Source: Dehalococcoidia bacterium
GTDB lineage: Bacteria > Chloroflexota > Dehalococcoidia > Lucifugimonadales > Australimonadaceae
NCBI GenBank assembly: GCA_965249185.1
Contig: CBDFLS010000002.1
Span: forward strand, 2,004,368 to 2,068,367
Direction of reading: 5' to 3'
DNA length: 64,000 nucleotides
Under the pieces are notes generated by a model. That model saw only the letters and a list, made by a program, of their open reading frames with translations, ran no database searches and was not told the origin of the DNA. How positions within the stretch are numbered: position 1 is the first letter of the stretch; each line of letters begins with the position of its first letter. Made by a program: the position numbers and the translations under genes. Positions 47,357 to 57,360 of the stretch are shown piece after piece.

Positions 47357-48193
47357 TTACTGGAGATCCACCATCCGCAGGTGGCGCCGGCCGTTACGGT
47401 TCTCCAGATAGCCCGCCCGGTCGCCGATCCCGTGACTGAAGATCAGCAGCCAACCGTCGCGCGTGGCCTCGTTCAGGAACTCCCGTTTGCGCTCCAGCGT
47501 CTCCTCGGGCAGGCGGTCGGTGGCGGCGATGCACGAGAGTTGCAGGTGGTAGGGCGTGGGCACGAGGTCGCCGAGGAAGGCCACCCGCTCGCCGCCGTGC
47601 GTGATGAGCGCTATCTGGTGGCCGCTACACGGGCCGCCGGTCAGCCGCAGTTGCAGCCCCGGCGCCAGCTCCGCGGTCTCATTGACCATATGAATCTGGT
47701 TCCGCTCCTGGAGGGGGAGAAAGTCCTCGGGCCGGTAGCTATCCGCGCCTCGCTCATTGGGGTTCATGGCTTCGAGGAAGGCCGCCCGCTGCACATAATA
47801 CTTGGCCTTGGGAAAGGTGGGGACCAATGTTCCGTTGCGGTCGCGCTTCGTGCACCCGCCGGCGTGCAAAAAGTGGAGGCTGGTGAGGATAACGCCGTGG
47901 ATATCCTGGGGCTGGAGGTTCCAGCCCTTGAGGGCCTGGAGCAGTTGGCTGGTGCCGATGCCGAAGGTGTCCCGGGCCGCGGGCGAGTGTTTCTGGCCCG
48001 CGCCGGTGTCAACAAGAAAGTTCTGGCGGTCGACGCTTATCAACAAACAGTTGAGACCCAGACGGACCCGGTTGCGCCGGTCGGCCTGGAGCCATTCGTT
48101 CCACTGGCTCTTGGGGAAGGGCCCGAATAGGGAGCCGCCATCCGTTTTTACAACGCCATCGGAAAGAAGGTGAAGGGCGGTTCTCCCAGGCAA
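47357..48193 (-). CDS. MBL-fold protein with a degenerate metal motif
   Basis: Beta-lactamase-fold pattern, but the usual HxHxDH reads SLHFLH (ILTSLHFLHAGG). TTG start at 48193 is uncertain. Confidence 0.6.
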   Translation of the reverse strand: MPGRTALHLLSDGVVKTDGGSLFGPFPKSQWNEWLQADRRNRVRLGLNCLLISVDRQNFLVDTGAGQKHSPAARDTFGIGTSQLLQALKGWNLQPQDIHGVILTSLHFLHAGGCTKRDRNGTLVPTFPKAKYYVQRAAFLEAMNPNERGADSYRPEDFLPLQERNQIHMVNETAELAPGLQLRLTGGPCSGHQIALITHGGERVAFLGDLVPTPYHLQLSCIAATDRLPEETLERKREFLNEATRDGWLLIFSHGIGDRAGYLENRNGRRHLRMVDLQ

Positions 48194-48579
48194 GGCAAAG
48201 CTCCTCAGCCGAAGGATTCAGGACTGAATCGCGACGCAAGGCCCGCGGGCGGTGCGTAAACTGGGCGTTCCCCGCTTGGGTAGGTCCGAGCGCAATCGTG
48301 ACGAGAACCGAAGATAGACCGGCGCGGCGCCGGTGGAGCGGAGTCACCGGAACGATAGATGCCGCCAGGTCCGCTGTCAATGGAACCGATGTGCCAATCT
48401 GGGCCCCCGGTTGGGGGCCCAGACGGATACGATACGTAGCTGGCTGCTCGCGATTATTCGAGCGGGACGCGGTTTTCCACATTCGAATTGTCGCTGTGCG
48501 AAACGGGGCGCCGGAGCCGGCGCGGTGTCCGCGGTTTCACTCCGTGGCCGGCGAGAGGCCGGAGCGCGCCTTTGGAGGG

Positions 48580-50310
<1,731 letters not shown>

Positions 50311-50520
50311 GGCGGTGCCACTCGTGGTAACAAAAGGCGCGTCCACCACAGACTGGGACGTGCCGGTGCCTCACGCTAGCATTCCGCGGCGAGCGATGTC
50401 AAGCTGCGTGGGGTGATGCTAAGCGGTGTTGTGGCGGCGCTGCTCCGTCCGGCGACCGGCCTCAGGTGGCGCGCAGCGTCTCCTGCCGCGCCATGGCCTC
50501 GTCGGGGATGAGGTCTCCTT

Positions 50521-52005
50521 TTACTCCGGGCGGCGGTGCCATCGCAGGTCCGGCTGCCGCGACGCTTTGGCCTCGTCCAACCGAGAGACGGGAGTGTGGT
50601 GGGGCGCCCGCCGCACGTACTCGGGGTTGTCGGACGCCTCTTCGTCGATACGCCTGAGCGCATCGACGAAGGCATCCAGCGTCTCCTTCGACTCCGTCTC
50701 GGTGGGTTCGATGAGGAGCGCCTCATCCACCACCAGGGGGAAGTACATGGTGGGGGCGTGGAAGCCGTAGTCCAGGAGCCGTTTGGCCACGTCCAGGGCC
50801 TTGACGGGCCGCTGCCGCCGGGCCGAGAGGACCACCTCGTGCATGTAGGTGCGGTCGTAGGGTAGCTCGTACCGGTCCCGGAGGCGGGCCTTCAGATAGT
50901 TGGCGCTAAGCACGGCGCCGGCGCTCACCTCGCGCAGGCCCTCGGCGCCCAGGGAGCGGATGTAGGCGAGGGCGCGGACCAGCACGCCGAAGTTGCCGTG
51001 GAAGGCGCCGATACGGCCGATGCTTCGGGGGGGCCGCTCCAGCGCGTACCGGTGGCCCTCCGGCGTTTCCACCCTGGACACCACCGGCGCCGGGAGGTAG
51101 GGCAGCAGCGTTTCCCCCACGCAAACGGGCCCCGCGCCGGGGCCGCCGCCGCCGTGGGGCGTGCTGAAGGTCTTGTGCAGATTCAGGTGCACCACGTCGA
51201 ACCCCAGGTGCGCCAGCATGACCCGGCCCAGCAGCGCGTTCATATTGGCGCCGTCGCCGTAGACCAGACCTCCGGCCTCGTGGACCGCGCGGCATATCTC
51301 CACCACATTGGTGTCGAAGAGGCCGAGGGTGTTGGGCAGGGTGAACATCACCCCCGCCAGGTCGGGAGTCGCCTCGCGCCGGAGCGCCTCCAGGTCCATG
51401 TTGCCGCTGTCGTCGGAGGGGATGGTCACCACGTGGTGGCCGCCCATGGCCGCCGAAGCGGGGTTGGTGCCGTGGGCCGAATCGGGGATGAGCACCTTGC
51501 GCCGGTGGCCCTCGCCACGGGCCCGGTGGTGGGCCCGGACCATCAGGATGCCGGAGAGCTCGCCGTGGGCCCCGGCCATGGGCGCCAGGCTGGCCCCCCG
51601 CATGCCCGTGAGCTCCTTCAGCCACTCCTGGAGTCGGTGCATCACCTCGAGGGCTCCCTGGGCCTGCTGGTCCGGCTGGCGCGGGTGGAGTTGGGCGAAC
51701 CCGGGCATGGCCGCGATGGCGTCGTTGAGCTTCGGGTTGTACTTCATGGTGCAGCTACCCAGCGGGTAGTAGTTGGTGTCCACCGAGAAGTTGAGCTGGC
51801 TGAGCCGGGTGAAGTAGCGGACCACCTCCGGCTCCGTCAACTCGGGCAGCCCCAGCTCCTCCCGCAGCAGACCGGCGGGTGGTGGCTCTTGGGCGGGCAC
51901 GTCCAGCGGCGGCAGCGATGCGCCGATGCGGCCTGGGGAGCTCCGCTCCATGAGCAGACGCCGGCCATGCTCCTCCACGCTTATCTCCATCCGTTGCTCT
52001 TGCAT
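50521..52005 (-). CDS. gcvPB: Glycine dehydrogenase (decarboxylating) subunit 2
   Basis: PLGSCTMKYNPK, NLHKTFSTPHGGGGPG (PLP-lysine motif). The start lies 2 nt after the gcvPA stop. Confidence 0.95.
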   Translation of the reverse strand: MQEQRMEISVEEHGRRLLMERSSPGRIGASLPPLDVPAQEPPPAGLLREELGLPELTEPEVVRYFTRLSQLNFSVDTNYYPLGSCTMKYNPKLNDAIAAMPGFAQLHPRQPDQQAQGALEVMHRLQEWLKELTGMRGASLAPMAGAHGELSGILMVRAHHRARGEGHRRKVLIPDSAHGTNPASAAMGGHHVVTIPSDDSGNMDLEALRREATPDLAGVMFTLPNTLGLFDTNVVEICRAVHEAGGLVYGDGANMNALLGRVMLAHLGFDVVHLNLHKTFSTPHGGGGPGAGPVCVGETLLPYLPAPVVSRVETPEGHRYALERPPRSIGRIGAFHGNFGVLVRALAYIRSLGAEGLREVSAGAVLSANYLKARLRDRYELPYDRTYMHEVVLSARRQRPVKALDVAKRLLDYGFHAPTMYFPLVVDEALLIEPTETESKETLDAFVDALRRIDEEASDNPEYVRRAPHHTPVSRLDEAKASRQPDLRWHRRPE

Positions 52006-52007
52006 GA

Positions 52008-53330
52008 CTATGAGAGCTCCCGGAGCGCCGTCACGAGGCGGTCGATCTCGTCGCGACTGTTCAGCTCGGTGACGCACAGCAGCATGCCGTTGGGGAGCTG
52101 CTCGCCGATATCCAGTCCGCCGATGATGCCCCGCTCCAGCAGGGCGGCGTTCACCTCGGCCGGCGGCCGGGGGCAGGAGACGGCGAACTCCTGGAAGAAG
52201 ACGCCGTCCATGGGCAGGCGGTAGCCGGGGATGCGGGCGATCTGCCCGGCGGCGTAGTGGGCCTTGTGGTAGCAGAGCTCCGCCACCTGCCGGAGGCCGC
52301 GCTTGCCCAGGCAGGCCACGTGGATGGTGGCCATGAGGCCCACCAGGGCGGTGCTGGTGCAGATGTTGGAGGTGGCCCGCTCCCGCCTGATGTGCTGCTC
52401 CCGGGTCTGGAGGGCCAGCACGTAGCCGGTCCGGCCCTGGGCGTCGTTGGTGCGGCCAACGATGCGTCCCGGCATCTGGCGCAGGAACTCCTGCTTGCAC
52501 GCGAAGAGCCCCACGTAGGGGCCGCCGAAGCTCGGGGGCACGCCCAGGGCCTGGCCCTCGGCGGTGGCGATGTCCACGTCATAGGCTCCCGGCGGCTTGA
52601 ACAGGGCCACGGCCACCGGGTCCGTCGACGCGCAGACGAGGGCGCCATGCCCGTGGGCCACGGCGGTCAGCGCCTCTAGGTCCTCCAGGTAGCCGAAGAA
52701 GTTGGGGTGCTGTACCAGCAGGCATGCGGTGTCCTCCCGCAGCTCAGTGACGTCGGGGGGCACGGTATACACGCCGATCTCCTGGGGCTCGGCGTAGGTG
52801 CGAACCACCTCGGCGTAGCTGGGCGAGACGGTCTCGAGGACGGCCACCTGGGAGCGCCGGGTGACGCGGCAGGCCATGAGGGCCGCCTCGGCCAGGGCCG
52901 TGGCGCCGTCGTACATGCCGGCGTTGGCCACCTCCATCTCCAGGAGCTGGCAGACCATGGTCTGGAACTCGTAGGCGGTCTGGAGCGTGCCCTGGGCCAC
53001 CTCCGGCTGGTAGGGGGTGTAGGAGGTCACGAACTCGCCGCGGCCGGCAAGCGCCGCCACGACGGCCGGCGTGAAATGCCGGTAGACGCCCGCCCCCAGG
53101 AAGCAGGGGTGGCGGCCGGGCGCCTGGTTTCGCTCCGCCAGCCGGGCGAACTCCTGGGTCAGCTCCAGCTCCGATAGCGGCGGCGGCAGCCGCAGCTCCG
53201 GGTCCCGGTGCTCGGCGGGGATATCGAGGAACAGCTCCTCCACCGTGTTGACGCCCACGGCTCGGAGCATCTCCGCCTGATCGTCGGCGGTGCTGGGGAG
53301 ATAGGGATGGGCGAAGGAGCGCTCTGCCAT
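52008..53330 (-). CDS. gcvPA: Glycine dehydrogenase (decarboxylating) subunit 1
   Basis: FLGAGVYRHFTPAVV, TSYTPYQPEVAQGTLQ, GGPYVGLFACK. ATG 53330. Confidence 0.95.
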   Translation of the reverse strand: MAERSFAHPYLPSTADDQAEMLRAVGVNTVEELFLDIPAEHRDPELRLPPPLSELELTQEFARLAERNQAPGRHPCFLGAGVYRHFTPAVVAALAGRGEFVTSYTPYQPEVAQGTLQTAYEFQTMVCQLLEMEVANAGMYDGATALAEAALMACRVTRRSQVAVLETVSPSYAEVVRTYAEPQEIGVYTVPPDVTELREDTACLLVQHPNFFGYLEDLEALTAVAHGHGALVCASTDPVAVALFKPPGAYDVDIATAEGQALGVPPSFGGPYVGLFACKQEFLRQMPGRIVGRTNDAQGRTGYVLALQTREQHIRRERATSNICTSTALVGLMATIHVACLGKRGLRQVAELCYHKAHYAAGQIARIPGYRLPMDGVFFQEFAVSCPRPPAEVNAALLERGIIGGLDIGEQLPNGMLLCVTELNSRDEIDRLVTALRELS

Positions 53331-53391
53331 ACCCACGCCTGCTATGCGCAGCGACGCGAGCGGTGGGGCGTGGCGGAGGAGATCGGGGACA

Positions 53392-53784
53392 TCATTGTCC
53401 GCCGACGTGGGCGTCGTACTGGGCGGCGTCAAGGAGGCTCTCCAGCCCGGAGGGGTCGGCGAGTCTCATGCGGACCAGCCATCCCTGGCCGTAGGGGTCC
53501 TGGTTCACCAGCTCCGGCTTGCGCGTCAGCTCCTGGTTCACCTCCAGCACCTCGCCGTTGACGGGCGAGTAGAGGTCGGAGACGGCCTTGACCGACTCCA
53601 CCTCGCCTATTTTCTGGGACTGCTGGGCCTGGCTTCCCACCGCCGGCAGCTCCAGGTAGACCACATCGCCGAGCTCGTCCTGGGCGAACGCGCTGAGGCC
53701 GACCAGTGCGGTCCCGGCGGGCTCTAGCAGGACCCACTCATGCTCCTTGGAGTATTTGCGGTCGGTGGGAGTCGCCATGCTCAC
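53392..53784 (-). CDS. gcvH: Glycine cleavage system H protein
   Basis: Lipoyl-lysine motif VESVKAVSDLYSPV; 130 aa. 4-nt overlap with gcvT. Confidence 0.95.
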   Translation of the reverse strand: MSMATPTDRKYSKEHEWVLLEPAGTALVGLSAFAQDELGDVVYLELPAVGSQAQQSQKIGEVESVKAVSDLYSPVNGEVLEVNQELTRKPELVNQDPYGQGWLVRMRLADPSGLESLLDAAQYDAHVGGQ

Positions 53785-54881
53785 CTGGGTCGAGAATAAA
53801 AGGGCAGGGGGACGGTCTCCACTTCGATGGCCCTGCCTCGAACGTCCACCGACAGGCGGATGCCGGGGACGGAGAGTCGAGCCGGAACATAGCCGAGGCC
53901 AATATTCATGTCAAGGGTGGGGGAGTAGCCGCCGCTGGTGACCTCGCCTATCGTTTCGCCATCCGCCCGGATGGGCGAGTGAGCGCGGGGGAGCGCGCCT
54001 TTCGCCAGGGCCCGGAAGCCCGCCAGCCGGCGGGGGGCGCCATCCGACCGGATGCGGCCCAGCGCCTCGGCGCCGCAGAAGCTCTCTTTCTCCCAGGCCA
54101 CGAACCGCTCCAGCCCCGCCTCGACGGGGTTGGTGGCGGGCGAGATGTCGCTGCCATGGAGGGGCAGCGCGGCCTCCAATCGCAGGACGTCGCGGGCGCC
54201 CAGGCCGCAAGGCGACGCTCTTCCCTGGACCAGCAGGCCCCAGAGCCAGGCCGCGTCCGCCGCCGGGGGCATGAGCTCAACGCCGTCCTCGCCGGTGTAC
54301 CCGGTGCGGGCGATGAGCACCGCGCGCCCCTGTAGCACGGTCTCCGCGCATCGGAATGGCCTGACATCCCGGATATCGAAGGCGAACGCTTGGGCCATGA
54401 TTCCGCCGGCGCCCGGGCCCTGGAGCGCGAGCATGGAGACTCGCTCCGTCTCGTCCACCACCGAGGCGCGGGGGAAGCGCTGGTCGCGCCAGTGCTCCAG
54501 CCACTTCAGCACCTCCGGCGTGTTGGCGGCGTTGGCCACGAGCAGGAACCGCTGTTCTCCCAGCCGGTAGGCGATGCCGTCGTCGATGATGCCGCCCTCC
54601 CGGTTGCAGAGGAGACCGTACCGGGCGCGGCCCACCGGCATCTCCGGCCCGATATCGGCGGTGTGGACCCAGTTGAGCAGCGCCCCGGCGCTGGGCCCCT
54701 CGATGGCGATACGGCCCATGTGGGAGACGTCGAAGAGTCCGGCGTGGGTGCGGACGGCCTGCGCTTCGGCCAGGATGCCTTGGTACTGGACCGGCATATC
54801 CCAGCCGCCGAAGGGCACCATGCGCGCGCCCAGGCCGGCGTGGGCCGCGTGGAGTGGAGTGCGGCGGAGCGTGGAGGCCAT
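53781..54881 (-). CDS. gcvT: Glycine cleavage system aminomethyltransferase T
   Basis: RTPLH..HAGLGARMVPFGGWDMPVQY, DVSHMGRI, TGYTGEDGVEL. Confidence 0.95.
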   Translation of the reverse strand: MASTLRRTPLHAAHAGLGARMVPFGGWDMPVQYQGILAEAQAVRTHAGLFDVSHMGRIAIEGPSAGALLNWVHTADIGPEMPVGRARYGLLCNREGGIIDDGIAYRLGEQRFLLVANAANTPEVLKWLEHWRDQRFPRASVVDETERVSMLALQGPGAGGIMAQAFAFDIRDVRPFRCAETVLQGRAVLIARTGYTGEDGVELMPPAADAAWLWGLLVQGRASPCGLGARDVLRLEAALPLHGSDISPATNPVEAGLERFVAWEKESFCGAEALGRIRSDGAPRRLAGFRALAKGALPRAHSPIRADGETIGEVTSGGYSPTLDMNIGLGYVPARLSVPGIRLSVDVRGRAIEVETVPLPFYSRPR

Positions 54882-54961
54882 GGGGTGTAGCTTAGCACCC
54901 CTCGGCGGAGATTCCAGGGGCGCCGACGGTCTATTTTGGCTGTGGTCAGCTTAAGAAATAG

Positions 54962-55004
54962 TGGCCCGCCCGGAGGGATTCGAACCCACGACCCTCGGTT
55001 CCGA
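54962..55004 (-). repeat. 43-bp exact direct copy of the 3' half of tRNA-Arg(TCG) (att-like; truncated pseudo-tRNA)
   Basis: Identical to 56758-56800 (TGGCCCGCCCGGAGGGATTCGAACCCACGACCCTCGGTTCCGA); similarity continues to 55012 with 2 mismatches. No D-arm or 5' acceptor strand follows. Confidence 0.9.
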
Positions 55005-55121
55005 GGTCCGATACCCAGCGTCCGTGGGAGTCTCTCAACAACCGCAGCGTACCAATAAAACCCCCCGGCTTGGCTGTCAAATCAAGTGCCAATCGACCGT
55101 AGGTGGCACGAGCAATTAACG

Positions 55122-55403
55122 CTATGGAGGCGATTGCGAATCTTGGGGAGTGAGGTCCGAGAGCCTATTCCTCAGGCGTGTTCGTGCCTTCTTGAGGCGG
55201 GTGATGCCTCGGTTCGTTTGGAGCTGCAACTCGTTCACCATCTCATCCATCCCGCGCTGCGCGAACAGCACTCGAATATATCCGAGCTCTTTGAGTTTCG
55301 ACTCGATCCGGGCCAACTCATCGCGTATGGCCGTTGGTGTTGTCGGAAGCTTGGGGCTCATCGGGTGGGATTGTAGCCCATGAACGGCACGGTGCGCATC
55401 CAT
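55122..55403 (-). CDS. Hypothetical coiled-coil-like small protein
   Basis: 93-aa ORF (a possible start at MSPKLP would give 79 aa). Lower GC, no family recognised. Confidence 0.35.
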   Translation of the reverse strand: MDAHRAVHGLQSHPMSPKLPTTPTAIRDELARIESKLKELGYIRVLFAQRGMDEMVNELQLQTNRGITRLKKARTRLRNRLSDLTPQDSQSPP

Positions 55404-55524
55404 ACGACAGGCGCCATCGGTCCCTCGTGAGTGCTGTGCGAGCGTCCAACTTCAGCAATGGGAACGCGAAGAGAAGGGAGGTCGACTCAGAATTCTCATA
55501 ACGCTGTCAGCGTCGGCAATGCGT

Positions 55525-55905
55525 CTAGCTGCGGTCTATGGCGCGCTCTTCTGAGGCGGTCTGCTTTCGGGCCATGTGGCCACCGATGATAGCGCCGACG
55601 CCTCCCATGACCGCTGTGTAGACCAGGACCACGCCGCCGATAAGGCCCAGGGCTTGCTGAACGCGCTGGGACAGGAGTCCGCTGCCGAAGGAGTCTAGCC
55701 CGACGACGATAATTACTATGGGGGCCACCATAAACAGGCCCATGGCCAGCCCTATCTGGATGGCTTTCGAGGAAGTGGCCCCAGTTCTGAACCCCGCTGT
55801 GTACCCCCCTACAAGGGGCCCCAAAGGGCCGGTGATGAAGTGGAGGATGGGGGGTAGGAGCATCCCAAGGGCAATGAGCGCTCCGATTAACGAATTCTTG
55901 AGCAT
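55525..55905 (-). CDS. Hypothetical small membrane protein (about 4 TM, Gly-rich)
   Basis: MLKNSLIGALIALGMLLPPILHFITGPLGPLVGGY...; strongly hydrophobic periodicity. Confidence 0.5.
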   Translation of the reverse strand: MLKNSLIGALIALGMLLPPILHFITGPLGPLVGGYTAGFRTGATSSKAIQIGLAMGLFMVAPIVIIVVGLDSFGSGLLSQRVQQALGLIGGVVLVYTAVMGGVGAIIGGHMARKQTASEERAIDRS

Positions 55906-56000
55906 GGCAAAGGGCTTGAGCGTGGCAAAGGGTTAGTGCTGCCAGGCGCCGCGAGGACGTTGCCGGGATGACGAGGGCGACTGCAACCGTCCATAACGCT

Positions 56001-56576
56001 CTAGGCTGGGTCGGGGATCCACTTCGCGTTGGGCGGGGGCACTTGTGAGAGGACATCCTGGGCGGCGGCCGTAATGCCGGGCATTGCAGCCTCGATCTCC
56101 GCCCCGTCGACCCTGCCGGCCAGATCGTGGGCCCCGGCGTATTCCAGCATCTGGACCAGCCGGGTCCGAAGGCGCTCCAGCGCCCAGGCAACGGGCTCTC
56201 CGTCGGCGATGGTGTCGAGGTGAATGCGCCCAGGCTTGACCTCGCCGGAAGCGTAGACATAGTGATAGTGAGGTACCTGGGCGAAACAGTCGAACCGCAG
56301 GTACTCCGCGGATTCCCCTTCTTCATCGCCGTACACGTGTATCGAGATGCCGCTCTCGCGTACGGCCCCTCCATTTGCCTCGTAGCCGTCGGCCAGCTTG
56401 CGCGCCGTGGCAAGGTCGATGCCTCTTGTAGCGTGGAACGCCGCCACCGAATCGTCGGTCATCACGATAGGCTCGATCCCAAGGGTGACCGCTCCCGCCT
56501 GGATGTACTTGGTGCGCTCGGGTATGGCCGGTGTGAGTCCTCGACCAGGAAGGCTTGCGGAGTTGTTGTGTCCCAT
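56001..56576 (-). CDS. Hypothetical protein (191 aa)
   Basis: Coding-like composition, no motif recognised. Adjacent to the tRNA-Arg(TCG) 3' end. Confidence 0.45.
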   Translation of the reverse strand: MGHNNSASLPGRGLTPAIPERTKYIQAGAVTLGIEPIVMTDDSVAAFHATRGIDLATARKLADGYEANGGAVRESGISIHVYGDEEGESAEYLRFDCFAQVPHYHYVYASGEVKPGRIHLDTIADGEPVAWALERLRTRLVQMLEYAGAHDLAGRVDGAEIEAAMPGITAAAQDVLSQVPPPNAKWIPDPA

Positions 56577-56757
56577 GTTCGGTGTAGCCTCCTCGGCTGA
56601 TGGTCTTCTCGATCGTAAGAGATAGCCGGTCCTTGCGACGTCTTCGATAGCTCAACTGAGACGCCGACATAGTAATTGCGAGTCGCACTAAAGGTCAATT
56701 TAACGCAGCCGGTTGCCTCGTGGGGTACCGCACATCTGCAATTAGGCCCCAAAAAAC

Positions 56758-56833
56758 TGGCCCGCCCGGAGGGATTCGAACCCACGACCCTCGGTTCCGA
56801 AGACCGATGCTCTATCCACTGAGCTACGGGCGG
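56758..56833 (-). tRNA. tRNA-Arg (anticodon TCG)
   Basis: Reverse complement CCGCCCGTAGCTCAGTGGATAGAGCATCGGTCTTCGGAACCGAGGGTCGTGGGTTCGAATCCCTCCGGGCGGGCCA. Acceptor CCGCCCG/CGGGCGG, D-arm GCTC/GAGC, anticodon loop CTTCGGA, encoded CCA. The T-stem has one U-U mismatch. Confidence 0.8.
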
Positions 56834-56840
56834 GTAGGGG

Positions 56841-57272
56841 CTATGTAGCGGGGCTGTGCGAGAAGATATGGCGGGGGATGAGCCGGAAGGTCACGCTGCC
56901 GAACCTGTCCTCCCGGTAGTCCTCCGCGAAGGCGCGGCCCTTCTCCTCGCCATAGTAGCGCAGCGCCATGGCCAGCACCAGATCGTAGAGAGGCCGCTCC
57001 GTCTCCTCCACCGGGCCGTCCATCGTCACCATGGCGTGGGGCAGCTCCCTGTGGTCCACGCAGAGCGAGGCGTGGGGCCGACGCTTCAGGTTGCGCCACT
57101 TGAGGCTGCCGCGGAACGTGAACATGTGGGCGGCGCCATCCTCCCACTGGTACCAGATGGGCGCCAGGCGGGGCCGGCCCTCCCCGTCCAACGTGCCGAT
57201 CACCGCGATGAACGGCTGTCCCAGGAAGGCGTCGAGCTCCCCGGAGGACATACTCTTGATCTCGTAGACCAT
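56841..57272 (-). CDS. Pyridoxamine 5'-phosphate oxidase-like / F420-dependent split-barrel protein
   Basis: FLGQPFIAVIGTLDGEGRPRLAPIWYQWEDG matches the PPOX-class pattern; 143 aa. ATG 57272. Confidence 0.7.
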   Translation of the reverse strand: MVYEIKSMSSGELDAFLGQPFIAVIGTLDGEGRPRLAPIWYQWEDGAAHMFTFRGSLKWRNLKRRPHASLCVDHRELPHAMVTMDGPVEETERPLYDLVLAMALRYYGEEKGRAFAEDYREDRFGSVTFRLIPRHIFSHSPAT

Positions 57273-57360
57273 GGGCCTGGGCTCGCCTCCCCGGTGTCCG
57301 CGACCGTGCATTGGGCGCAAGCCATGATACCACGCGGCCACGGGGAGCCCTGCGGGGGCG

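Noticed and set aside
48194-48579. RNase P RNA, tmRNA, SRP RNA or cobalamin/TPP riboswitch in the ilvB-MBL spacer
   Set aside because: None of the hallmark boxes is present on either strand (GAGGAAAGUCCGG; tmRNA tRNA-like 3' end; GGAA-tetraloop SRP domain IV; B12 box; CUGAGA...ACCUGA). Kept only as an unclassified structured region.
54882-54961. Glycine riboswitch upstream of gcvT
   Set aside because: Only 80 nt separate gcvT from the pseudo-tRNA. One short hairpin (CCCCT...AGGGG) and a faint GCCGAGGGGUGC resemblance to ACCGAAGGGGCAA are present. The conserved GGAGAG/CUCUGGAGAG elements and a second aptamer are absent.
54962-55040. Second complete tRNA gene
   Set aside because: Only the T-arm, 3' acceptor strand and part of the anticodon stem match. 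There is no D-arm and no complementary 5' acceptor strand, so it is treated as a truncated duplicate (att-like repeat).
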